Assembly: GCF_964355755.1 (NCBI RefSeq)
Contig: NC_092674.1
Location: 1,488,001 to 1,552,000 of the forward strand
Length of the DNA stretch: 64,000 bases
Source of the DNA: Antedon mediterranea
Lineage: Eukaryota; Animalia; Echinodermata
Direction of reading: 5' to 3'
The position numbers and the translations under genes were made by a program. The notes under the pieces were generated by a model that was not told the origin of the DNA, did not search any database, and saw only the letters and a list, made by a program, of their open reading frames with translations. Numbering within the stretch: the stretch's first letter is position 1; each line of letters starts with the position of its first letter. Shown here one piece after another: positions 51,560 to 64,000 of the stretch.

Positions 51560-54500
51560 AACCACACAACTTACCAGTACAATACACAAACTTACCACAT
51601 ACCATAATTAATTTAAAACCTCACAACTTACCAGTACAATACACAAACTTACCTCAGTACCATAATTAATTTACATCCACACAACTTACCAGACAATAAA
51701 CACATTTACCTCAGTACCATAATTAATTTAAAACCACACAACTTACCAGACAATAAACACATTTACCTCAGTACCATAATTAATTTAAAACCACACAACT
51801 TACCAGTACAATACACAAACTTACCTCAGTACCATAATTAATTTAAAACCACACAACTTACCAGTACAATACACAAACTTACCTCAGTACCATAATTAAT
51901 TTAAAACCACACAACTTACCAGTACAATACACAAACTTACCTCAGTACCATAATTAATTTAAAACCACACAACTTACCAGACAATACACAAACTTACCTC
52001 AGTACTATAAATTAAAAACCACACAACTTACCAGTACAATACACAAACTTACCTCAGTACTATAATTAATTTAAAACCATACAACTTACCAGTACAATAC
52101 ACAAACTTACCTCAGTACTATAATTAATTTAAAACCATACAACTTACCAGTACAATACGCAAACTTAGCTCATTACCATAATTAATTTAAAACCACACAA
52201 CTTACCAGTACAATACACAAACTTACCTCAGTACTATAATTAATTTAAAACCATACAACTTACCAGTACAATACGCAAACTTAGCTCATTACCATAATTA
52301 TTTTAAAACCACACAACTTACCAGTACAATACACAAACTTACCTCAGTACTATAATTTAAAACCACACAATTTACCAGTACAATACACAAACTTACCTCA
52401 GTACCATAATTAATTTAAAACCACACAACTTACCAGTACAATACACAAACTTACCTCAGTACTATAAATTAAAAACCACACAACTTACCAGTACAATACA
52501 CAAACTTACCTCAGTACCATAATTAATTTAAAACTACACAACTTCCAGTACAATACACAGACTTGCCTCAGTACCATAATTAATTTAAAACCACACAACT
52601 TACCAGTACAATACACAAACTTACCTCTCAGTACTATAATTTAAAACCACACAACTTACCATTGATATAATACTTACCGTCAATATATGTTTTTTATATT
52701 TATTGCGGTATATAATAATAATGTTGGCATTACAATAACAATACACATTGTGTACCAATCCAATTTACCAGTGAGATGTAACAAATTAATTTAATCGTCA
52801 ATAACTAATTATCTAACTTAATTTAATTAGTAAACAGGGTTACATCAGGTGGTTAAAATCAGTACCGAAAGTACGAACCAACTTTATATACCATCGAGTA
52901 AAAATTCTAGAAGTAAGGCGCGATTTACCGAATTTTGCCCTTACGTAAATTTATATATAGAAACCACACAACTTACCAGTACAATACACAAACTTAACTC
53001 AGTACTATAATTAATTTAAAACCACACAACTTACCAGTACAATACACAAACTTACCTCAGTACCATAATTAATTTAAAACCACACAACTTACCAGACAAT
53101 ACACAAACTTACCTCAGTACCATCATTAATTTAAAACCACACAACTTACCAGTACAATACACAAACTTACCTCAGTACCATAATTAATTTAAAACCACAC
53201 AACTTACCAGTACAATACACATTCAAACTTACCACATACCATAATTATTTTAAAACCACACAACTTACCAGACAATACACAAACTTACCTCAGTACCATA
53301 ATTATTTTAAAACCACACAACTTACCAGACAATACACAAACTTACCTCAGTACTATAATTAATTTAAAACCACACAACTTACCAGTACAATACACATTCA
53401 AACTTACCACATACCATAATTATTTTAAAACCACACAACTTACCAGTACAATACACAAACTTACCTCAGTACCATAATTATTTTAAAACCTCACAACTTA
53501 CAAGACAATACACAAACTTACCTCAGTACCATAATTAATTTTAATCCACACAACTTACCAGTACAATACACAAACTTACCTCAGTACCATAATTAATTTA
53601 AAACCACACAACTTACCAGTACAATACACATTCAACCTTACCACATACCATAATTAATTTAAAACCACACAACTTACCAGTACAATACACAAACTTACCT
53701 CAGTACTATAAATTAAAAACCACACAACTTACCAGTACAATACACAAACTTACCTCAGTACCATAATTAATTTAAAACCACACAACTTACCAGTACAATA
53801 CACATTCAAACTTACCACATACCATAATTAATTTAAAACCACACAACTTACCAGTACAATACACAAACTTACCTCAGTACTATAAATTAAAAACCACACA
53901 ACTTACCAGTACAATACACAAACTTACCTCAGTACCATAATTATTTTAAAACCACACAACTTACCAGACAATACACAAACTTACCTCAGTACTATAATTA
54001 ATTTAAAACCACACAACTTACCAGTACAATACACAAACTTACCTCAGTACCATAAATTAAAAACCACACAACTTACCAGTACAATACACAAACTTACCTC
54101 AGTACCATAATTATTTTAAAACCACACAACTTACCAGACAATACACAAACTTACCTCAGTACTATAATTAATTTAAAACCACACAACTTACCAGTACAAT
54201 ACACAAACTTACCTCAGTACTATAAATTAAAAACCACACAACTTACCAGTACAATACACAAACTTACCTCAGTACTATAATTAATTTAAAACCACACAAC
54301 TTACCAGTACAATACATATTCAAACTTACCACATACCATAATTATTTTAAAACCACACAACTTACCAGTACAATACACAAACTTACCTCAGTACCATAAT
54401 TATTTTAAAACCTCACAACTTACAAGACAATACACAAACTTACCTCAGTACCATAATTAATTTTAATCCACACAACTTACCAGTACAATACACAAACTTA

Positions 54501-55302
54501 CCTCAGTACCATAATTAATTTAAAACCACACAACTTACCAGTACAATACACATTCAACCTTACCACATACCATAATTAATTTAAAACCACACAACTTACC
54601 AGTACAATACACAAACTTACCTCAGTACTATAAATTAAAAACCACACAACTTACCAGTACAATACACAAACTTACCTCAGTACCATAATTAATTTAAAAC
54701 CACACAACTTACCAGTACAATACACATTCAAACTTACCACATACCATAATTAATTTAAAACCACACAACTTACCAGTACAATACACAAACTTACCTCAGT
54801 ACTATAAATTAAAAACCACACAACTTACCAGTACAATACACAAACTTACCTCAGTACCATAATTAATTTAAAACCACACAACTTACCAGACAATACACAA
54901 ACTTACCTCAGTACCATAATTAATTTAAAACCACACAACTTACCAGTACAATACACAAACTTACCTCAGTACTATAAATTAAAAACCACACAACTTACCA
55001 GTACAATACACAAACTTACCTCAGTACCATAATTAATTTAAAACTACACAACTTCCAGTACAATACACAGACTTGCCTCAGTACCATAATTAATTTAAAA
55101 CCACACAACTTACCAGTACAATACACAAACTTACCTCTCAGTACTATAATTTAAAACCACACAACTTACCATTGATATAATACTTACCGTCAATATATGT
55201 TTTTTATATTTATTGCGGTATATAATAATAATGTTGGCATTACAATAACAATACACATTGTGTACCAATCCAATTTACCAGTGAGATGTAACAAATTAAT
55301 TT
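51560..55302. repeat. ~58-bp minisatellite in two blocks (51560-52660 and 52960-55170), each followed by the same ~130-bp tail
   Basis: Unit aaccacacaacttaccagtacaatacacaaacttacctcagtaccataattaatttaa; the tail attgatataatacttaccgtc...gatgtaacaaattaattta is duplicated at 52661 and 55171. Confidence 0.95.
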
Positions 55303-56359
55303 ACTTTACCTCAAGTGTAAACAGATGGTTAAATACAAACTTTCCTTTATATTATTGTGATACGAGTTACTGGTGATACGAGTTACTGGTGATACTGATC
55401 TATTATTGTTTTTTATTTCGTTTTATCTTTTATATATTGTGTATAATCCGGGTTGTTAAAGGAAAACAAACAAATGAAAATGTGTGAAATATTTTAAAAC
55501 GAGATAGATGATAATGATGATCATGTCAAGTGTATAGAAAAATATAAGAAGATTAATGAAAAAAGGAGTAATACGGAATTCATATATATTTACAATGTGT
55601 TAAATAATGATTTTATGTAATGACATGAGATAATATAAATGTGAATAAAAGTGGTGTTTGCGCCACAAAATAGAAAAAAACTTTCCTTTATAAAAAAAAA
55701 TACCCACCTCCAAACCTTACCGGTAGGCCTATACAAATACTTACCTCCGTATCAATATTTAACATCCCCAGGAGAGTATTACCTCAGTCTCAACCTGGTG
55801 AGGATGGTGCCTGATCGACATTGACATCCATCAGTATATTGAGTTGTTTTATAGATCGAGATGGAACAAAAACCAAAATTATTTGAAGAAACGTGGTAAT
55901 GATGAAAACAATAATCGAATCTGTCGTCGAAGAAATTGCAAAATTAGAATTTAGAAATGTTCCAAGATATGTTGTCAAATATATGACTCAAACCTAAAAT
56001 TACGCGATAACGATGAAAAAAAAAATCGAAACAATGAAAAAAATCCTGTGGAAGTGATCAAAATCGGCGAATTCTCGCAGGCTGAAAACGACACTTGACA
56101 TCACAGTGTGTAAAGAAAAAGACAGAAATGCAACTACGAAGATAAAACTCATTGTAGGCCTATAGCCAAAAACATAACATAATTCGAAGAAACGAGATAA
56201 CGATGAATAAAATAAAATGGAAGTGATGACAAAATCGGCGAATAATAAAAAACAAAGGAATAACTTTGTCTCGATCTGCTATGTGTTGTTCCAAGCTGTG
56301 ATGACTCGACATCGGAGAAAAAAGAAAGTGTTTTTCGAAAAATATGAAGCGCGAAAATG

Positions 56360-56770
56360 ATCTTGCTGCGTTAGTAACCATAACAACTTATAGTACCTTA
56401 TAATAAATCAAATATACCAGTGCGCATGTCAGGATGCTTAAGTTGCACAATTGAAGTTGTATCATGCATATCGTTACAATAATTATTTATACCAGGGATT
56501 ATTATTCGAACGATTAAATTCTCGTATTTTATGACAATTTAGGCACGTACTTTAATGCGTTTAAGAGATCGGTCCTGTTAACTCCACCTGTCTACTCCTA
56601 GACCAATCAAAATCGTCCAAATAATACTCACAGTACTAATGTGTGTTAGTAATAGTTTGAACCAACACATTGATTTATATTAATAATATAATACAAATTA
56701 ATATTTTGATTCAGTAGTATTAGTTCTTACTGTTTTTGATGTCCAAAGCTACGATGAAACAAAACAAAAG
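56360..56770. repeat. Dispersed repeat whose second copy is split between 59184-59302 and 60341-60880
   Basis: Shared blocks tcttgctgcgttagtaac..ccagtgcgcatgtcaggat and gtactttaatgcgtttaagagatcggtc..agaccaatcaaaatcgtccaaataatactcac..gatgtccaaagctacgatgaaac. Confidence 0.75.
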
Positions 56771-57744
56771 ATCAAAGACTTGTTTTGAAGAAACAAGCGC
56801 AGACTCCGATGATAAAACGTACTATGTTTTTATGTCCAAAGATTCGATGAAGCAAAAGTAAAAGCGCAGACTCCCAGAGTATGTTTGTGTGGGTTTCATG
56901 CAATGACCTACAAAAATCAGTATATACACAGTTGTTAATATCAATCATTCAGATAGAAATCGAACCAAGACGGGAATTCCGTATGCGCCTCGTAATTAAA
57001 TATGTAGGGGCTATGTCTATCAATGCAACAATTGTGTCATTAAATCGAAGATTACCAAGAAGGTATACCTTTATGATTACAATATGAAGGTATAATCTCG
57101 CTGATTAAACCATGTTAACTAACCTGGCTTGCTGTGGTCGCATCTTTGTTCCTTCTGATCTTCAAACAATCACAATCCGATGTTTCCACTCGTCTTGGTC
57201 TTCTGGGAGCGCTGACACCACCAACAACAACGTTGAGTTCAGAATAGATTTACTTTAAATTTAAACATCGCTTATATTTTCGGCGCTCGTCAAGACTTTA
57301 TTTCAACATATTGGTCAAGCTGCGCCCTTGGTCAAACAAACGCGTTTAATAAAAATATTGTTTAAACGGAAAATATTTCGAATTTAAACAATGCTTGCCA
57401 ATCACGATATAGATTTTAGTAGTTAAAACCGCGGCGGCGCCAACAAAAATTAGCTAATACTAACCTAGTGAAATTGATTAAAAACATCACAATTATTCAT
57501 ACTCTATCCTATGTAGGCTTACTCAAAGCCGTTTTTCATAAACAGCTTGCCTTGAAAGAGTGTAATAGACCTAAAGGTTGATGCCTTTTCAATAGGCCTA
57601 TCGTATGTTCCGGGCCTAGCTAAAAATACAAATGGTTCCGCCAGCAGTCAATTCATGTAATAGGCCTACAGTCTACTTCTATCATGAAACTATGTATTTA
57701 GCACTAGGTATTTAGTCTAGAACATATGCCAAAGCATGTGTTAA

Positions 57745-57888
57745 TAGACTAGAGCCCTGACAAAAAAAGTATGATGGTCCTAAATATGGCAGTGATATGC
57801 CCAAATATGGTACTGATGTCTTCATCATGTCCATATATGGGCACATCACATTTTTTTGTCGCATCAATTTGAGAGCGTAAACAGAGCT
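57745..57888. mobile_element. Harbinger-like MITE family A copy (left end lost)
   Basis: gtgatatgcccaaatatgg...catcatgtccatatatgggcacatcaca...gtaaacagagct|tta. Confidence 0.6.
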
Positions 57889-57989
57889 TTAAACAGTAAT
57901 ATCATAGCATATTCTAGACACGGGCCTATAAAATAGGCTATAGAGCCTGATATTTTATCTAGTAAGCATCATTAAGAGTTATTACCAAA

Positions 57990-58260
57990 TATACTTAAAT
58001 ATAATACGATAAATAAAATGCAAATAGTAAATTACAAGTATAGCCTATGTATGTTACTAAGATATAGTACAAAGCTATATACTTAGAACTATAATACGAT
58101 AAATAGAATGCAAATAGTAAATTACGAGTATAGCCTATGTATGTTACTAAGATATAGTACAAAGCTATATACTTAGAACTATAATACAATAAATAGAATG
58201 CAAATAGTAAATTACGAGTATAGCCTATGTATGTTACTAAGATATAGTACAAAGCTATAT
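57990..58260. repeat. 90-bp tandem repeat, 3 copies
   Basis: ataatacgataaatagaatgcaaatagtaaattacgagtatagcctatg... recurs at 58001, 58091 and 58181. Confidence 0.9.
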
Positions 58261-60406
58261 TCTGTGAAAAAGTGAATATTATACTTACGCATTCATATGT
58301 GTTTATACTTACCTATACCCAACTTTAATACCGACCTAGTGTAAATAATTTCGGAGAAACGCGGTTGTGAAAACAAAATCAAAGTGATGAAAACAAAATT
58401 GAAGAGATGAAAACAAATTCAAAGTGGAGAAACAAAATCGAAGAGATGAAAACAATATCGAAGAGATGAAAACAATATCGGAGAGATGAAAAAAATATCG
58501 GAGAGATGAAAAAATCCTGTGAATTCGAAGACAAAAGCAATAACTTCTGGATCTTAGTTCCATTCAAGTTCAAAATAAACGATGACACACAAACCAAAGT
58601 GTTGATAAAAGAAAAATAATTCGAAGAAACGTTGTAATGAAAGCAAAATCGAAGTGATGAAAAATCTTGTAAAAAATATTCGAAGAAAAAATATTCGAAG
58701 AAAAAACATCAGTACAAAAAATCGAAGTGATTAAATCCTTTTGCATCTGTTGAAGATATGTATAAAAATATAATTTTTTTTTCTGGCTGTTTTACTTCTC
58801 GTTTTGATTTAGCCTTTCGCTTTTATTTTATATCTCCATTGAGATCCAGCCACTGATACCCACAGCATTGTCATTTTTTCAGTAATTTGCCTTTGGATTT
58901 ATAAAAATATAATTATATATTATATAAGAGAAGAGTGAAATTACACTCTTTTCTTATTATATTAGTTTAAATAAATTAGTTTTATTAATTTATTTAAATT
59001 CAATCCAATTTTGTATAAACGCATCAACTGCATTAACATGTACACGCACAGCAAACTTCGCCTCGCCACTCCCACCCCCACCCCTCCTCCAACAACCATC
59101 AAACACTCGCTGTTCATAGTTCCTGAAAAGTAAATTTACAAGCCTAACACTACCATGAGGTATGAATCCAGGTGAAACAAGATGTCTTGCTGCGTTAGTA
59201 ACATACCTTTGGTCACCTGTACATTATACATAATATAAATCACAATAAACCAGTGCGCATGTCAGGATACTTAAGTTGCACAACTGGGGTTGTATCATGC
59301 ATGACTAAACATTGTTAGTTAAAACACATAATAATCGATGTATGATGATGTAAACATAAACAATATACACTACTTGGCACTAATCCAAGTAGCATTCATT
59401 TGTAAAAAAAAGGTTTTGTTGATGATGCCACGTGATGGTGGGGAGGGGGGGGGGGAGGAGTGCCGCGTATGATGATGTAATGACGGTGATGATGTCACAC
59501 TTGGAAACAATCTCTAGAATGTATTCACAGTGACAAATCTATGACATGTTAAGGGACAATTCATAGGAGTTTGTCACCGAAAATCAAACCAGAGAAAACG
59601 AAAAGACCAGTGACAAATGTAATTATCGAAGACATTGTATTATATAGAACAATATCTCAATTAGTTACAGTTGTAATTGAACTTTTAATTGTATGTGTTT
59701 TGATGATGTTCACATTTCTGTCTACAAATCACAATCGTGATATTACAGACAGATCGAAAGTATTAACTAAAATATAAAGTAAATAACATTTCATCTGTTT
59801 ATAATGCGAGTATTATGATGATGAATATTAATTAACATTATATACATTATATAAATTAATTAATCTATATTTTTGTTCAACCAATGCAATTAAATAAGAT
59901 AAGTTGTGGGACATATCTCACATAATCGCATGGTGACAATTTTAATTCGTTTATTCAGGAATCAGTTGAAGTGTAGGCCTACCATGCGTCACTAGCTAGC
60001 TGTGAAATAAACATGACATATAATACATATAATAATAATATATAATCACAATAATTATATGATAAATAGAATAGTATAATACAATTCGCAACCCATAATA
60101 TATTTGCAATATATTTTGGACACAAATTATATTACATAATGTTACAATATATTTGATAAGGGTTGATGCCTAATGCATACAGACTTCTGTTCATGCATGA
60201 TACAACCAATTAATCAAAATTAATTGGGTTTTTTCCTGTAAAGAAATGGATGTCTCTTGTTGACCCGTTGCGCTGTGAAAAAAAACCACACAAGATCAAA
60301 GAAATATAACCGCGCTAAGATTATAATTCTTTGTACCAGTGATTATTATTCGGACGTGAAAATAAATTCTCCTGTTTTATGTCAATTTATAGGTAAGCCC
60401 GTACTT

Positions 60407-60688
60407 TAATGCGTTTAAGAGATCGGTAATGCGTTTAAGAGATCGGTAATGCGTTTAAGAGATCGGTAATGCGTTTAAGAGATCGGTAATGCGTTTAAGA
60501 GATCGGTAATCCGTTTAAGAGATCAGTAATCCGTTTAAGAGATCAGTAATCCGTTTAAGAGATCAGTAATCCGTTTAAGAGATCAGTAATCCGTTTAAGA
60601 GATCAGTAATCCGTTTGGAGATCGGTAATGCGTTTAAGAGATCGGTAATCCGTTTAAGAGATCAGTATAATCCGTTTAAGAGATCGGT
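60407..60688. repeat. 20-bp minisatellite, ~14 copies
   Basis: Unit taat(g/c)cgtttaagagatc(g/a)g. Confidence 0.95.
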
Positions 60689-60849
60689 CTTGTTAACTCC
60701 ACCTGTCAAAGACCAATCAAAATCGTCCAAATAATACTCACGGTAGCCAATCTTATGTGTGTTAGTAGTTTGAACCAACACATTGATTTATATTAATAAT
60801 ATAATACAAATTAATATTTTGATTCAGTAGTATTAGTTCTTACTATTTT

Positions 60850-61030
60850 TGATGTCCAAAGCTACGATGAAACAAAATAAAAAGCGTTGATGTCCAAAGC
60901 TACGATGAAACAAAATCAAAAACTTTGATGTCCAAAGCTACGATGAAACAAAATCAAAAACTTTGATGTCCAAAGCTACGATGAAACAAAATCAAAAACG
61001 TTGATGTCCAAAGCTCGATGAAACAAAACA
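60850..61030. repeat. 38-bp tandem repeat, ~5 copies
   Basis: Unit tgatgtccaaagctacgatgaaacaaaatcaaaaactt. Confidence 0.9.
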
Positions 61031-61893
61031 TATATATAAATCCCAGAAAATCTTGTTTTGGAGATCGGAAACCGCCAAAACGCTAAATCATCTAAGACTT
61101 TTGTAAGCCAATACATTGGTATTGTTAATAATGTAAATTACTTTGTGATCCAAAAATTAGACCTAAACAACTCGCGAATTTGATTCCAGTTTCTTTTAAT
61201 GACCTATACAAAACAAATAAAAAAGTGATAACATTTTGTTATTATATAGTTTATTTTATGTAGTACACCGGGCGGCGTTCAAGGAAATGCAAATAACGTA
61301 GCTATGTATACAAGTTTTTTTAGATGGCGTTGCGTGAAGGTGCATTCATAACGTAACGTTCACTTTGTGATGAAATGTAATGACCACTAAATATAACAAA
61401 AAACCCTACACACAACTCGCCAGTTACTACTAATATAGTTTAAAAGAAGTTAATACTAGTAAGTGTGATTGTGATATGCGTAAAGCCAGATCTTACCCAT
61501 TCATTCACCCCACCCCTTCTTTTAGATTCGATTAATATGGGTAAGTCTATGGGTTCTGCAAACACATATTCTATTATGATAGGCAATAGTTACTGACTAA
61601 AGTCCGCAATTTCTTTTTAATTCATATATCTGGCTATGTAATGAACCTGTGAATGATGGTGATTAAACACTATTCTATACTCACATTGTCTTACTATCGT
61701 CGCCATATTTGTACGTCTCACCTCTTCAGCGAAACAATTTAAACTAAAGCATTCTTGCTTAAAGTTGTCGCGTACACGGTATGCTGACGTCACTCAATAT
61801 TCAAATTTAATTCCTAAACATGTGTTACCTTGTGTTCCGAATTGTCGTCCGGCGAAACTATGTTCCACAATTGATATGGGAGTACCTTTCTTA

Positions 61894-62034
61894 AGCTTGG
61901 TTCTCAAGACGCAACCAAAAAGACGTTAGCGCAACTCATTTGACAAATCACGACGCCATCCATCGCGTCGTCATTGGTCAAATTACTCGGTTGCTTTTCG
62001 CTTACGTGTTTGCGTTGCGTCCTAGTGGAAACCA
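61894..62034. mobile_element. Harbinger-like MITE family B; identical second copy at ~62633-62773
   Basis: agcttggttctcaagacgcaac...gttgcgtcctagtggaaacca with imperfect TIRs, preceded by tta. Confidence 0.6.
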
Positions 62035-62632
62035 TGTTTTTATGTTAACTTTGTTTTTCCAACATAGATTCCAGTCGATAAAACAATTTTGAAGTTGGTT
62101 TTCCCATTTATCTTGTGCTTTTGGTATGCACGCTGTATATGCTACCTCGGTAAAAGTGAAATAGAATTGTTTGACAGTTGTATAATTTGAAGTAACATTA
62201 ACATTTTTGTCTATTGTATCAACCTCTTTATGTATATAACAATAGGGTTTCTCAACCACTATAACTTTCCAGTTTCTTGGAATAGCGTCAATTAGTGCCA
62301 TATATTTTTAAAATGCATTTTCCCTTCGTTTCAACAGTGGAGTTATTTCATTAATATGCTTAAATCTAGACTTATCCATAATATCTCCTACTGTTTTTAT
62401 ACCTGATTTCACCCAAGATTTACAGAATAGTGATTTTTTGTTATGCATGACATATATATTCTCCCATAACCTCTGAGTTTTTATTTCACATATACATTGA
62501 GGTTTTTTAGTATAAATATTATTAAACCGTATGCAGGCTTTAAGCAAATTTATATAGAATGTATTCACATATTTGAGTGCATTATGCTTCTCAAAGTTTG
62601 CTTCCGTCATACTTAATGTATAATTTTTCTTA
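62035..62632 (-). pseudogene. L1/Tx1-clade non-LTR retrotransposon ORF2 fragment (region C-terminal to the RT domain)
   Basis: QRLWENIYVMHNKKSLFCKSWVKSGIKTVGDI...ALIDAIPRNWK...TVKQFY...PKAQDKWENQL..IDW motif series, with an internal stop. Confidence 0.7.
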
Positions 62633-62991
62633 AGCTTGGTTCTCAAGACGCAACCAAAAAGACGTTAGCGCAACTCATTTGACAAATCACGACGCCATCC
62701 ATCGCGTCGTCATTGGTCAAATTACTCGGTTGCTTTTCGCTTACGTGTTTGCGTTGCGTCCTAGTGGAAACCAAACATTAATATAAATTCATGTTGCGTC
62801 CAAAGTAGTCCTTAATTGTTAATATAATCCAATTGAAAATGATATGGATATTATTTTGTAGGTCTACTAAACTAGTTCTGTCATGTAAAAATAATTTAAA
62901 CATTGAAGCCAAACCAAGTGAAGTAACTTTATTCGGTAATATTCAAGCTATATAATAGGCGAGTGAAATTAAGGTAGTCAAGGCATACAAT

Positions 62992-63312
62992 GTGGGTGAG
63001 TGGCCGAGCGGTTAAGACAGTGGAACCGTAATCACGTAGCCATAACATCGGCATGGGTTCGAGGCTCACTCACTCCATGGTTCTGGTGGTAGAACGAGTC
63101 TTCTCGGATAAGGACTATAAACCGTAGGTCCAGTGTACACAACTTGCTCGTGTGCACTTTAAAGAACCTAGTACATCTTTCGAGACGAGTAGGGGGTTAC
63201 CCCGGTGTATTAGTACATCACAGCCACTGATCACCAACTGGGCCCTCTGGGAGACCAGTCTTTGACTGAAGAGGTTACCCAGTATAAATATATATTTCAA
63301 TCAATCAATCAA
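62992..63312 (+). mobile_element. Deu/Nin-type tRNA-SINE, full length
   Basis: Box A tggccgagcgg and box B ggttcgaggc; near-identical to the 19338 copy; (tcaa)n tail. Confidence 0.85.
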
Positions 63313-63504
63313 TAGGCATATATACGGAAATTCACTCGAGTATTTTGCGAGTGACATTTATCAATGTTTTAATAGCGTAGAACACGTCACTATGTTGCCG
63401 CCTATTGACATTTAAAGTCCTGGCTAATCCTTTAATGTTGTATTGTCACATGTCACTGTGATTTCAGCATGTCACAACCGTCAGTGTAACTGTCATAATT
63501 TTAT

Positions 63505-64000
63505 TCATCATTATCACCACAATTAAATTCAATCACCCACACTATCACTATCACTATCACCGCCACTATCACTATCGTCACCATCACCACCACTATCACT
63601 ACCGTCACCCTCACCACCACCATCACTATCGTCACTATCACTATCACCGCCACTATCATTTATCGTCACTATCACCACCACTATCACTACCGTCACCCTC
63701 ACCACCACTATCACTATCGTCACTATCATCACCACTATGACTATCGTTACTATCATCACCACTATCACCACCACTATAACTATCACCACCACTATCGTCA
63801 TCACCATCACTATCACCACCACCATCACTATCGTCAGTACCATCACCACTGTCACTATCACCACCATTATCTCTATCGTCACCACTATCACTATCGTCAA
63901 AATCACCACCACTATCACCTCCGCCATCACTATTGTCACTATCACCACTACTATCGTCACTATCACCACCACTATCACCTCCGCCATCACTATCGTCACT
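63505..64000. repeat. Low-complexity (cac/tat/cgt)n trinucleotide-derived repeat running off the right edge
   Basis: Repeated cactat/caccac/cgtcac hexamers. Confidence 0.9.

Noticed and set aside
55790-57250. Possible fifth protein-coding gene (minus-strand donor-like sites at ~55794 and ~57123)
   Set aside because: No start codon, consistent frame or recognisable protein motif; the region is mostly dispersed repeat.
63529-63999. 156-aa Val/Ile-rich ORF
   Set aside because: Product of a low-complexity trinucleotide repeat; no splice or domain support.

Overview
AT-rich, intron-containing eukaryotic DNA, most likely from an invertebrate animal; the Deu/Nin-type SINEs and gene structures fit an invertebrate deuterostome such as an echinoderm, but the species cannot be established. 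Four spliced genes were reconstructed by hand from GT-AG boundaries: an NT5DC2/3-type HAD nucleotidase (minus strand, runs off the left edge), DNAJC3/p58IPK (plus strand, complete, head-to-head with NT5DC), a DP-family E2F partner TFDP (minus strand) and a PA-TM-RING E3 ligase RNF13/RNF167 (minus strand). The best unexplained signal is in the RNF13-like gene: two tandem, same-phase, intact exons each encode a different transmembrane segment and cannot both be included without a frameshift, which points to mutually exclusive TM exons. Introns and intergenic DNA are dense with repeats: an internally deleted Sola2-type transposon with ~510-bp TIRs and a nested SINE, Harbinger-like and Kolobok-like MITEs, a Tx1/L1 fragment and many minisatellites. 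One array was amplified from a MITE terminus, one consists of nested palindromes, and one carries two consensus 5' splice sites per unit. No CRISPR, rRNA or true tRNA gene is supported. Coordinates were counted by eye and may be off by a few bases.
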